The notes beneath the pieces are model-generated. The model had not been told where the DNA came from. It did no database searches and saw only the letters and a list, made by a program, of their open reading frames with translations. From positions 25,493 to 89,492 of the forward strand of contig CACEDQ010000003.1 of NCBI GenBank assembly GCA_902558375.1: a DNA stretch of 64,000 nucleotides. The letters are read 5' to 3'. Shown in pieces: positions 19,377 through 28,700 of the stretch. Within the stretch, counting starts at the first letter, position 1. Every line of letters begins with the position of its first letter. The DNA is from an uncultured SAR86 cluster bacterium (GTDB lineage Bacteria; Pseudomonadota; Gammaproteobacteria; Magnimaribacterales; D2472). The position numbers were made by a program, and so were the translations under genes.

Positions 19377-21304
19377 TATTTTGAATCAACAATCATAAGT
19401 GGAGCTCCATTTTCTACCTGATCATCTTTAGTAATAAGTACTTTAGATACTATTCCATTGTGAGAAGCCTTTATTGAATGTTCCATTTTCATTGCCTCCA
19501 GTATCACCAAAACATCTCCTGTTTTTACTCTTGAACCTTTTTTAACATTCAATGCAATAACTTTTCCAGGCATAGGCGCTGTTAAACTTCCAGCTTGAAT
19601 TTCAACCCCTGGTAAAACAAATCTTGGTTTTATCTTTAACATTACATCACCAAAAGGCATATGCACGAGAATATTTTCATTTTTTAAAGTTATTCTGGAA
19701 TAATGTCTTTTTCCATTAAATTCAACATCAAGACCAAAGTCATCTTCTGAATGAATTATTCCAGTTTTCCCCCAGTCAAATACGAATCCCTTATTTTTCT
19801 CATATCTATATGAAACACTATGGTCATTATCATTAACAACAAAATCAATTTTTTGTTTAGGCAGCTTTCCATTAGTCCATCCTGTTGGCATAAAACTAGC
19901 AATACCTGTCTTTATTCTATTGTTTCTTTGAATCCAAAGCGCCGCTATAGAAGCAGCATGCTCTATTTCAGTTGGAGTAAGTTTGTGTTTTTTATTAGGC
20001 TGAACTTGGTTAATAAAATCTGTAGTGGTGTTCCCATCATAAAATTCTCTTGCTTTAAGACACTCAATTAAAAACTCTCGATTAGTAATTACGCCTCCAA
20101 TATGAGCAGACTCTAGAGTGCGAATTAATTTTAAAATTGCATCATTTCTAGTATCTGCATAAGAGATTATTTTTGCCAGCATTGGATCGAAATTAGTTCC
20201 TATATTTGAGCCAATGCTAATGCCTGAGTCCCATCTCGCTTCATTTTCAGGGCCACTTTCAAAGGCAATTATTTGTCCAGTTTCAGGCAGAAAGTCATTA
20301 TCGGGATTTTCAGCATAAAGTCTTGCTTCAATAGAATGACCCATAAAGGTGATATCGTCTTGGGTATACCCTAATTCCTCCTCTCTAGCAATTCTTAATT
20401 GCTCTGAAACTAGATCCATTCCAGTTACTTCTTCTGTAACAGGGTGCTCAACTTGCAATCTTGTATTAACTTCTAAAAACCAGAATTCTTCTGTTTTGTC
20501 ATCAAATAAAAATTCAACAGTTCCAGCTGACTTATATTTAATTTTCTTTGCAAGTTTGATTGCCGCATTACCCATTGCGGCCCTAACATCTTCGGAGATC
20601 CTAGAGGAGGGTGATTCTTCAATAATTTTTTGATGCCTTCTTTGAATCGAGCATTCTCTCTCACCTAGATGAACAACATTTCCATGAGCATCACCAAGTA
20701 TTTGGATTTCTATATGTCTAGACTTTTGTACATATCTTTCTATAAAAACTCTGTCATCTCCAAATCCTGACTGAGCTTCTCTTTGCGCGCTTTTAATGGA
20801 CTCTTTTAAATCTTTTTCTTTATGAACTATTCTCATGCCTTTTCCACCGCCACCTGCAGCAGCTTTTATAAGGAGAGGGAACCCAATTTTTTTTGCATTT
20901 TTAATGTTTGATGTCATCGGAAGTGTTGGGACTCCAGCTTTTTCAGCAAGCTCCTTTGCTTTTAATTTGTCTCCCATAACAGAAATTACGTGTGGCGATG
21001 GACCAACCCATATCAAACCTTCTTTGATTACTTTTCTTGCAAAAGTGGCATTCTCAGATAAGAAGCCATATCCTGGATGAATTGCTTGAGCGCCTGATTC
21101 TTTAGCAGCTTTTATAATCTCTTTGCTATTGAGATAGCCTCCATCAGGTAATCTGATTGATTGATCAGACATATGTACGAAAGGTTCATTTTTGTCAGCA
21201 TCAACATATATTGCAATGCATCTGATACCCATTTCATGAGCAGTTTCAATAATCCTACACGCTATTTCACCTCTGTTGGCAATTAGTATGGAGTCATAAA
21301 TCAT
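19376..21304 (-). CDS. biotin-dependent acyl-CoA carboxylase alpha subunit (biotin carboxylase + BCCP; AtuF/LiuD-like)
   Basis: ATP-grasp biotin carboxylase motifs (GGGGKGMR, EMNTR-like LEVNTRLQVEHPVTE) and a C-terminal biotinylation motif EAMKMEH. Confidence 0.9.
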   Translation of the reverse strand: MIYDSILIANRGEIACRIIETAHEMGIRCIAIYVDADKNEPFVHMSDQSIRLPDGGYLNSKEIIKAAKESGAQAIHPGYGFLSENATFARKVIKEGLIWVGPSPHVISVMGDKLKAKELAEKAGVPTLPMTSNIKNAKKIGFPLLIKAAAGGGGKGMRIVHKEKDLKESIKSAQREAQSGFGDDRVFIERYVQKSRHIEIQILGDAHGNVVHLGERECSIQRRHQKIIEESPSSRISEDVRAAMGNAAIKLAKKIKYKSAGTVEFLFDDKTEEFWFLEVNTRLQVEHPVTEEVTGMDLVSEQLRIAREEELGYTQDDITFMGHSIEARLYAENPDNDFLPETGQIIAFESGPENEARWDSGISIGSNIGTNFDPMLAKIISYADTRNDAILKLIRTLESAHIGGVITNREFLIECLKAREFYDGNTTTDFINQVQPNKKHKLTPTEIEHAASIAALWIQRNNRIKTGIASFMPTGWTNGKLPKQKIDFVVNDNDHSVSYRYEKNKGFVFDWGKTGIIHSEDDFGLDVEFNGKRHYSRITLKNENILVHMPFGDVMLKIKPRFVLPGVEIQAGSLTAPMPGKVIALNVKKGSRVKTGDVLVILEAMKMEHSIKASHNGIVSKVLITKDDQVENGAPLMIVDSK

Positions 21305-22968
21305 AATCTAAATACCCCATATTCTCGTGCTCCTTCAATTGGGATGTTATTAATTATCGATAAACAAAAACCAATGACATCTCTTGTATCTCTTGGGTCT
21401 ATAATTCCATCGTCAGTAACCATACTGCTTGCAACCAATCCCCTAGATAATTTTTCTAAATAACCAATTACCATCTTCTTTAATTCATCGTCAGCTTTTT
21501 CATCAAAATCCTTTCCGTCTCTTAATGCTTTGGCTTTTCTTACAATTGACATTACACCAGCCATTTGTTCGGGTCCCATGACAGCAATTTTTGCTGTTGG
21601 CCATAAGAACGTAAACCTATTGTTAAAAGCTTTTCCAGACATGGCATAAGTTCCAGCACCATAAGAAGCACCAACTATAAATGTTATATGAGGTACGGTA
21701 GAGTTTGATACGGCATTTATTAATTGAGACCCTTTTTTAATAATGCCCTGACTTTCAAAATCTTTACCTACTAAAAAACCAGTGACATTATGAAGAAATA
21801 TCAATGGGATATTTCTTTTATTACATAGCTGAATGAAGGTAGCAGCTTTTTCTGCACTTTCAGGATAGATTGGACCGTTATTACCTAGAATACCAACTTG
21901 ATAACCATGAACTGAGGTCCATCCACATACCATTGTTGGACCATATAAAGGTTTAAACTCTTCAAACTTTGAGCCGTCAGAAAATCTTGCAATTATTTCC
22001 CTGATATCAACAGCAGACTTTAGATCTTCACTTATTATCCCTAGTAGTTCTTCTGAGTTATATATTGGGTCAGTACTAATTTTTTGCGGACCTAAACCTT
22101 TTTTATTCCAATTTAAATGAGAAACAACCTCTCTACATATTCTTAACGCATCCATTTCATCTTCAGCTAAATAATCAGATAATCCAGATTGTTCAGAATG
22201 CATTTTTGCACCTCCTAAAGTTTCATCATCAGATTCTTCACCAGTTGCCATTTTTACTAAAGGTGGTCCAGCTAGAAAAGCTTTTGATTGTCCTTTGATA
22301 AAAATATTGTAATCAGACATCCCTGGTTGATATGCACCTCCTGCGGTTGAGGAACCAAACACGACTGAAATTACAGGTATTCTTAATTTTGAAAGCTCGG
22401 TCATGTCATAAAAGAATCTTCCAGTTGAGGCAAAATGATTTTGATGAAGTGAGGGAGCCTCTGGAGGGTTTTCACCGCCGCCTGAGCCAGAAACACTCAA
22501 ATCTCCTCCTGCTGATTCAACAAAACTTATGAAAGGTATATGATTATCACGAGATATTTCCATAGCCCTGTTCCATTTTTCACCTACGTATACTGTCATT
22601 GCACCAGCCTTAACCGTAGGATCATTTGCAAATATTACGCATTCAACACCCGAAATAATTCCTATTCCAGAAACACATCCGCCTCCCACGTTATAATTAT
22701 TTGTTCCATAGCCAGCATAAGGTTGTATTTCTAAAAAAGGACTATCAGGGTCTAAAACATTCATAATTCTTTCACGAACAGGCATTTTTCCTCTTTTAGC
22801 AAGTCTTTCATGATGTCTTTGCCCGCCACCTAACTCAGCAAGATCTAATAACTCATCAAGAAATACTAATTTCTCGAGCATCATCTTCTTATTTTGAAGA
22901 TATTGTTCAGACTTAGTATCTAAATTTGATTTAAATATAGGAGCAATATTTTCTGTCTTCATAGGCAT
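21301..22968 (-). CDS. acyl-CoA carboxylase carboxyltransferase beta subunit (AtuC/LiuB-like)
   Basis: 555 aa with a duplicated crotonase-like carboxyltransferase domain (…GGGQRHHERLAKRGKMPVRERI…, …SYGAGTYAM…). ATGA overlap with the alpha subunit. Confidence 0.9.
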   Translation of the reverse strand: MPMKTENIAPIFKSNLDTKSEQYLQNKKMMLEKLVFLDELLDLAELGGGQRHHERLAKRGKMPVRERIMNVLDPDSPFLEIQPYAGYGTNNYNVGGGCVSGIGIISGVECVIFANDPTVKAGAMTVYVGEKWNRAMEISRDNHIPFISFVESAGGDLSVSGSGGGENPPEAPSLHQNHFASTGRFFYDMTELSKLRIPVISVVFGSSTAGGAYQPGMSDYNIFIKGQSKAFLAGPPLVKMATGEESDDETLGGAKMHSEQSGLSDYLAEDEMDALRICREVVSHLNWNKKGLGPQKISTDPIYNSEELLGIISEDLKSAVDIREIIARFSDGSKFEEFKPLYGPTMVCGWTSVHGYQVGILGNNGPIYPESAEKAATFIQLCNKRNIPLIFLHNVTGFLVGKDFESQGIIKKGSQLINAVSNSTVPHITFIVGASYGAGTYAMSGKAFNNRFTFLWPTAKIAVMGPEQMAGVMSIVRKAKALRDGKDFDEKADDELKKMVIGYLEKLSRGLVASSMVTDDGIIDPRDTRDVIGFCLSIINNIPIEGAREYGVFRL

Positions 22969-22989
22969 TAAAAGTTAATATTTTATTAT

Positions 22990-23015
22990 GGTAATATAAT
23001 AGCATTAATATTACC
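22990..23015. promoter_or_regulatory. inverted repeat GGTAATAT-N10-ATATTACC; candidate TetR operator in the atu-like/GST divergent promoter
   Basis: Perfect 8-bp arms at 22990-22997 and 23008-23015, lying 22-47 bp upstream of the carboxylase beta start codon (22968). Palindromic operators are typical for TetR/AtuR. Confidence 0.3.
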
Positions 23016-23053
23016 AATATTAAGATGTATGATTATTAAAAAAAATAACTATT

Positions 23054-23674
23054 ATGTTAAAAATATACGGAACACAAAATTCTAGAGCTATGAGACCGAT
23101 TTGGACTGCTGAAGAAATGGGTCTTGAATACGAGCTTGTAATGATGCCTTTTCCACCAAGAGTTTTTCATAAAGAATATTTAAATATAAACATGCTTGGA
23201 ACTGTTCCTTATTTAGTAGATGGAGATGTAAAAATGACAGAGTCTGTTGCAATGACTCAGTATCTAGTTGAAAAATACGGCCCAACAGATTTAAGAGTAA
23301 TGCCAGATGAAGTAGATTATCCAAATTATTTAAATTGGCTCCATCATGCAGATGCTACATTAACTTTTCCTCAGACGGTTGTATTAAGATATAAATTTCA
23401 AGAACCAGGCGTTGCTGATGCAGCGATAGAAGGATATAGCAGATGGTTTGTTTCTCGTTTAAAATTACTTGAATCTGAGCTAGAAAATAAAACTTATCTT
23501 TGCTCAAATAGATTTACGATTGCTGATATATGTGTGAGTTATGCAATTAACCTAGCAGGGGCTCTTGGTATTAAAGAAGCATTTAAACCAAATATAACTA
23601 GATGGACATCCATGCTTTTTGAGAGAGAAGCCTTTATAAAAAGTAAAAATTATAAACACGAAGAAAAGACATAA
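23054..23674 (+). CDS. glutathione S-transferase
   Basis: Thioredoxin-like N-terminal domain with the conserved VPYLVDGD..MTES pattern, plus a helical C-terminal domain. 206 aa. Confidence 0.8.
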   Translation: MLKIYGTQNSRAMRPIWTAEEMGLEYELVMMPFPPRVFHKEYLNINMLGTVPYLVDGDVKMTESVAMTQYLVEKYGPTDLRVMPDEVDYPNYLNWLHHADATLTFPQTVVLRYKFQEPGVADAAIEGYSRWFVSRLKLLESELENKTYLCSNRFTIADICVSYAINLAGALGIKEAFKPNITRWTSMLFEREAFIKSKNYKHEEKT

Positions 23675-24933
23675 TGAAAAGATTTTTTATATTTCTGCCA
23701 ATCATGACTTTATGTTTAAGTATCCATTCTAATGAAAATCATACATCGCATTTAGAGACTATAGTTTTAGGGTCTGGATGTTTCTGGGGTGCTGAAAAGG
23801 GCTATGAAGCTCTTGAAGGAGTTCAGGATGCGGTATCAGGATATGCTGACGGATATGGAGTAAAACCAACTTACAGAGAGATAACAAAATATACAAATAA
23901 ATATAATAGAAATAATTTTGCTGAAGTTGTTAAAGTAACTTTTAACAAGGAGATAATAAGCTTAAGGTCTCTTCTTGAACATTTCTATGAATCACATGAT
24001 CCAACCCAGCTTAATAGACAAGGCAATGATATTGGTACTCAATATAGGTCAACTATTTTATATACAAAAGAATCACAGAAAAAAGTAATAGACGAAACAA
24101 CTAGCGAATTTCAAAAACTATTAAGCGATGAAGGATATGGAGAAATTCAGACTTTAATTAAATCTCTTGATAAGTTTCACGATGCTGAAGAATATCATCA
24201 AGACTATATTAAAAAAAATCCAAATGGATATTGTCCTGATCATTCCACTGGCGTTGCCTTTAATAAAATAGAAACACCAAACATTGACAATTCATTACTT
24301 TTATCAGGCAAGTATATTCTTGTAATTGATTCGCAAGATTACTGCCCTTATTGTGAGAATTTCAGGAATGATGTGGCAAATGATTATCAGGGAAGTATTC
24401 CAATGGTATACAGAACAGCAGTTGAATTGAATGGCTTGGATATACAAACACCTACATGGGCAACGCCTACAATTGTTTTCTTAGAGAATGGTAGTGAATT
24501 ATTTTCATACCAAGGATACATGGAACCTGAATTATTTTATAAAGCTCTTGGAAAATTTAAATTAGGTGACACAGAAGCTTATGATGTTGCTTTTAATCAA
24601 GGAACTGATGCAAGATTCTGTAAAGAATATCAGATATTCAAAAATACTCCTGACGGAATTTTTGTAGATAAATTAAGTGGAGCACCTTTGTTTGATACTA
24701 GAGATAGATTCGTTTCACGAAGTGGCTGGTTATCATTTACAGCCCCGGTGCCTAACTCAACCTATGAACTACCTGATAATTCATATGGTATGAAAAGAAC
24801 AGAGGTTAAATCAAAATCAAGCAACATTCATTTAGGTCATGTTTTTGATGATGGCCCCAATGGCATGCCAAGATATTGTATTAATGCAACAGTTCTTGAA
24901 TTTATTGCCAGAGAAGATATTAAAAACTCTTAA
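23674..24933 (+). CDS. msrAB: secreted peptide-methionine sulfoxide reductase fusion MsrA / thioredoxin-fold (CPYC) / MsrB
   Basis: Signal peptide MKRFFIFLPIMTLCLSIHS. MsrA motif GSGCFWGAE...YHQDY. Central Trx-fold domain with DYCPYC...ATPTIVF. C-terminal MsrB motifs GWLSF...HLGHVFDDGP...RYCINA. Confidence 0.85.
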   Translation: MKRFFIFLPIMTLCLSIHSNENHTSHLETIVLGSGCFWGAEKGYEALEGVQDAVSGYADGYGVKPTYREITKYTNKYNRNNFAEVVKVTFNKEIISLRSLLEHFYESHDPTQLNRQGNDIGTQYRSTILYTKESQKKVIDETTSEFQKLLSDEGYGEIQTLIKSLDKFHDAEEYHQDYIKKNPNGYCPDHSTGVAFNKIETPNIDNSLLLSGKYILVIDSQDYCPYCENFRNDVANDYQGSIPMVYRTAVELNGLDIQTPTWATPTIVFLENGSELFSYQGYMEPELFYKALGKFKLGDTEAYDVAFNQGTDARFCKEYQIFKNTPDGIFVDKLSGAPLFDTRDRFVSRSGWLSFTAPVPNSTYELPDNSYGMKRTEVKSKSSNIHLGHVFDDGPNGMPRYCINATVLEFIAREDIKNS

Positions 24934-24938
24934 TAATC

Positions 24939-26096
24939 TTATTCCACCAAGTTTGCTATTCGTTCATAGGCTTCAATGAATTCTTCTTTGAATTTTTGAA
25001 CAGTCTGTCCAGCTGAAATAGTTTCATTCACTAATCCTATGCCTTGACCAACCCAATACGTATCAAGTTTTTTTGCTCCTTCATGTCCGAGAGTTGCCTG
25101 TTTAGAGACTATTGCTAATGCTGGCTCTCCAACAATCGTTTGCAAAGGCATTGGCAGTGGTTCAGGTGCATCTTTTGATTCCCATGCATCAGTCCATGCT
25201 GATTGAAGTTGTCTAGAGTGCTTACCTGTTCTACTTTTTGATCTTACAGTTTGGCTTGAAGTAGCTTGAATCATTTTTTCTTTAATGTTTTCAGAGGTTT
25301 CAGCTTCTGTAGTTGGAAGAAATACCGAGGCGCACCAAACACCGTCTGCACCCATTGTCATAATTCCAGCCATTTGCTCACCAGTGGCAATTCCACCAGC
25401 TGCCAAGATAGGTACATCGCCTAAGTCTTTTATTGCTCTTTTCACTTCTGGTATAAGCACCATAGTTGAAACGCTCCCGCAGTGTCCACCACCTTCAGTT
25501 CCTGATACAACTAATACATCTACGCCAGCTTGAACCTGTTTAATTGCATGCTCTTTAGCTCCCAAAAGTGCAGCTACTTTTACATTATTTGCTTTTCCCA
25601 TTTCTAACATCCAATGAGGGGGAACTCCTAATGCATTTGCGATTAGTTTAATTGGATGAGAAAAAGCAACTTCTAACAATTTTTTAGCTCCCTTTTCTTT
25701 AAGATTTTTTCCAAATCTAGAATCTGAATCCATTTCAACTTTTTTTGAGTCCGAAGGATTTCTTAATGATTCTCCATCAACATCATGCTGCTTCAGAACA
25801 TCAGCTCTAAAATCTCGGTACTCTTGTGGAATCATGTTAATAAGGTCTTCTGATGAAACTGATGATCCTTTACCCTCGAAGGTGGTTGGCACTAAGATAT
25901 CGACACCGTAGGGCTTGCCGTCAATATGTTCATCTATCCATTTAAGATCTTGTTCTAACATTTCTGGTGTATGGCCAACTGCTCCCAGTACGCCCATACC
26001 ACCAGCTTTGGAAACTGCTACAACGACATCTCTACAATGACTAAATGCAACAAGTGGAAATTCAATTTCAAACATTTCACATATGGGTGATTTCAT
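24939..26096 (-). CDS. nitronate monooxygenase / NPD-family FMN oxidoreductase
   Basis: TIM-barrel FMN motifs (GGMGVLG, SGTEGGGHCG, AAGGIATGEQ). 385 aa. Confidence 0.75.
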   Translation of the reverse strand: MKSPICEMFEIEFPLVAFSHCRDVVVAVSKAGGMGVLGAVGHTPEMLEQDLKWIDEHIDGKPYGVDILVPTTFEGKGSSVSSEDLINMIPQEYRDFRADVLKQHDVDGESLRNPSDSKKVEMDSDSRFGKNLKEKGAKKLLEVAFSHPIKLIANALGVPPHWMLEMGKANNVKVAALLGAKEHAIKQVQAGVDVLVVSGTEGGGHCGSVSTMVLIPEVKRAIKDLGDVPILAAGGIATGEQMAGIMTMGADGVWCASVFLPTTEAETSENIKEKMIQATSSQTVRSKSRTGKHSRQLQSAWTDAWESKDAPEPLPMPLQTIVGEPALAIVSKQATLGHEGAKKLDTYWVGQGIGLVNETISAGQTVQKFKEEFIEAYERIANLVE

Positions 26097-26169
26097 AATT
26101 TACTCTACTTTTTTATATATATTTTTAATTCTATTATAATTATTAGATAAATTTAAAATTTTCCACTCA

Positions 26170-26664
26170 ATGCAAATATACAATTTCACAGTTCCAGATA
26201 TATGCGATGCCTTTCCTGATGAGGTACTGATAGGTGACATTTTTTTAAATTCGTATGGAGGTGTTGATAAGTTTTGTGGAGAAATTAGAACAGCAAATTG
26301 TCCTCATAGTAATAGTATTGTTAAGGAAATGGTTCAGGAAAATGGTGATGGTAAGGTTTTAGTTATAAACCATACTGGAGAAAAATTTTGCTCAATGGTT
26401 GGTGATCAAATTGCTCAAAAAGCCTATGAAAACAAATGGAGAGGTATTTTTGTGAATGGTTTCATTAGAGACATAGAGGTAATTGAAAATATCTCAATTG
26501 GTGTTTATGCAAAAAATACATATCCAATGAAAACAGATAAAACTGTTGGCATTGGAACAAAAGATGAAAAAATTAATATTGGATCTGTTGAAATAAGCTC
26601 TGGAAATTGGATTTATGTTGATACTAACGGATGGGTTGTAAGTAGCAAAAAATTAGAACTTTAA
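26170..26664 (+). CDS. RraA-family protein (RNase E regulator / HMG-aldolase-like)
   Basis: VPDICDAFPDEV...FCGEIRT...GDGKVLVI...MVGDQIAQKA..WRGIFVNGFIRD matches the RraA family pattern. Confidence 0.8.
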   Translation: MQIYNFTVPDICDAFPDEVLIGDIFLNSYGGVDKFCGEIRTANCPHSNSIVKEMVQENGDGKVLVINHTGEKFCSMVGDQIAQKAYENKWRGIFVNGFIRDIEVIENISIGVYAKNTYPMKTDKTVGIGTKDEKINIGSVEISSGNWIYVDTNGWVVSSKKLEL

Positions 26665-27537
26665 TCTTTCTATTTCTTTATCTTTTTCTTCCCAAATTCC
26701 TTCAATCCATCTCTTAAAATTTTCTCTGTATTCATCATCAGTTGAATAATTTTTATTTTTAAGATTTTCAGGTATCGTATATTTTCTTACCGAAACTTTA
26801 ACATCACGCATATCACCTTTTAAAAAGGCCCATGCTCCTCTTTTATCTGATTTATAGACTACCGAATAATCTACCAAAACATCAATATTAGACATAGCCG
26901 AAAGGGCAGTTGCAATTCCACCAATTCTTGGCTTTAGAAGATTTTTATATGGTGATTTTTGAGCTAGATGTTTTGTAGGATTATTTCTTGTACCCTCCGC
27001 GTAACTAAAAATCGTTGATGGCGATCTTTGAAATCTTTTACATGCCTTTAAAGTATTTTCATAATCTTTGAACCTTAGATTAGGATTTTTTTCTAATTCT
27101 TTTTTTGAATGCCTATTTACAAAAGGCATATTTAAAGTTTTATTAGCAAGAAATATAAAAGGTATCCAGGCTAACTCTTTTTTCATAAAAAACTTAAGGA
27201 GAGGGATTCTTTTATGAGCAGCGACTAAAAGTATAAAAATGTCTGCCCAAGACTGATGGTTAGAAATAGCCATATACCATACATTTTTATTAAATTCATT
27301 ATCATCAAATACCTGCATAGAATCTCTATGCATTATTTTCATGATAATTTTCAATCCATAGACAGTGTATTCACCAATGGTATTTGAGATTTTGCTTAAT
27401 TTAATTTTTAGAGATTGAAATGGGAATATCACTCTTGGAATATTAACAATTGTTAATGTACCAAAACCAATTGTTAACTCAACAACAATCAGAATAAATG
27501 TAAAAAATCCTACTAGATTGGACTTTATGTAATACAT
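26653..27537 (-). CDS. PlsC/YihG-like lysophospholipid acyltransferase
   Basis: HX4D motif NHQSWADI and the second block FSYAEGTR. N-terminal TM helix. On the same strand, directly downstream of ACAD pair 2. Confidence 0.7.
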   Translation of the reverse strand: MYYIKSNLVGFFTFILIVVELTIGFGTLTIVNIPRVIFPFQSLKIKLSKISNTIGEYTVYGLKIIMKIMHRDSMQVFDDNEFNKNVWYMAISNHQSWADIFILLVAAHKRIPLLKFFMKKELAWIPFIFLANKTLNMPFVNRHSKKELEKNPNLRFKDYENTLKACKRFQRSPSTIFSYAEGTRNNPTKHLAQKSPYKNLLKPRIGGIATALSAMSNIDVLVDYSVVYKSDKRGAWAFLKGDMRDVKVSVRKYTIPENLKNKNYSTDDEYRENFKRWIEGIWEEKDKEIERLKF

Positions 27538-27552
27538 ATTAAATTTTTAAAT

Positions 27553-28692
27553 CTAAAACCCGCTTAGATTAGCATATCTTTCTGTATGATACGTGGAGCT
27601 CCCAAATATTTGTTCAGCGACTCTCGATCTTTTTATAAAAAACCCCAAGTCATATTCATCTGTAACGCCTATACCTCCATGCATCTGAATTGCTTCGTTA
27701 GAAACCAGGTGGAGAGTTTCTCCGGCTATTGTTTTAGCAAGACTGGATAACCTTTGGAGTTCATTAGAGTTTTCATCGGCACCCTGAACAGCTGCCATAA
27801 CTGCTGACTTGGTAAGCTCAATCTCACAAAACATTTCAGCCGCTCTATGTTGTAGTGCCTGAAATGTACCAATTAGCACACCAAACTGTTTTCTTTGTTT
27901 AAGATAGTCAATTGTTGTTTCAAAAGCTGACTCAGCATTACCTAGCATTTCAGCTGACATGGCTATTCTTCCAATATCAAGAATTCTTTCAACTGATTCA
28001 CCACCAGTCTCTATTGTTCCTAAAATTTCTTGGTTAGAGCATTTAACATCATTAAACTCAATATTTGCATAATTTCTTGAATCAGCCATATCTAGCTTAA
28101 TTCTATTTAGACCATTAACATCTGAATCGATAATAAATAAAGTCAATCCAGCTAATTCACCAGAGTTGCCAGATGTTCTTGCAAGTACTATCAAAACATC
28201 AGCACTTGCACCATCTATAACAAAGGTTTTCTTACCATTTAAAAGGTACTCTTCATTATTTTTTTCTGCCTTAAATGATGTTTTTAATGGATCATGATGG
28301 CTAGATTCATCAACCGCTAGAGCTGTAGTAATCTCACCGCTTACTATTTTTGGAAGATATTTTTCTTTTTGCTCTTGAGTTCCAAAGTTTGCAATAGCAT
28401 AAGCTCCTAAAACACCAGTAGAAAAAAGAGGGGAAGGGGTAAGTGTTTTACCGCATTCTTGTAAAATTACACTTATACCAGCTACACCAAAATTTGAACC
28501 GCCAAATTCTTCAGGAACTAGTATTCCAGACCAACCCAGCTTGACCATTTCTTGCCAAACATCCTTATCCCAAAGGTTTTTATCTTTTTTATCTCTAAGT
28601 GCTCTAAAATGAGTAATAGGTGTTCTCTCTTGAGCAAAATCTTTAGCAGTATCTCTTAGAAATTCTTGTTCTTCTGTTAGTACTAATTTCAT
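27553..28692 (-). CDS. acyl-CoA dehydrogenase family protein, short (S) member of pair 2
   Basis: MKLVLTEEQEFLRD..., PEEFGG, FGVLIGTFQALQH, and C-terminal QIFGSSTYHTERYA. Paralogous to 13861-14949. Confidence 0.85.
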   Translation of the reverse strand: MKLVLTEEQEFLRDTAKDFAQERTPITHFRALRDKKDKNLWDKDVWQEMVKLGWSGILVPEEFGGSNFGVAGISVILQECGKTLTPSPLFSTGVLGAYAIANFGTQEQKEKYLPKIVSGEITTALAVDESSHHDPLKTSFKAEKNNEEYLLNGKKTFVIDGASADVLIVLARTSGNSGELAGLTLFIIDSDVNGLNRIKLDMADSRNYANIEFNDVKCSNQEILGTIETGGESVERILDIGRIAMSAEMLGNAESAFETTIDYLKQRKQFGVLIGTFQALQHRAAEMFCEIELTKSAVMAAVQGADENSNELQRLSSLAKTIAGETLHLVSNEAIQMHGGIGVTDEYDLGFFIKRSRVAEQIFGSSTYHTERYANLSGF

Positions 28693-28700
28693 CTTTAACT

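Noticed and set aside
8377-22968. Idea that the nearby acyl-CoA ligase, ACAD and crotonase genes form a dmdBCD set with the dmdA-like gene
   Set aside because: They are separated from dmdA by unrelated genes (tadA, xthA, prc, etc.) and lie on the other strand. They belong to an operon with carboxylase and AtuA genes, and the ACADs are not of the long DmdC type.
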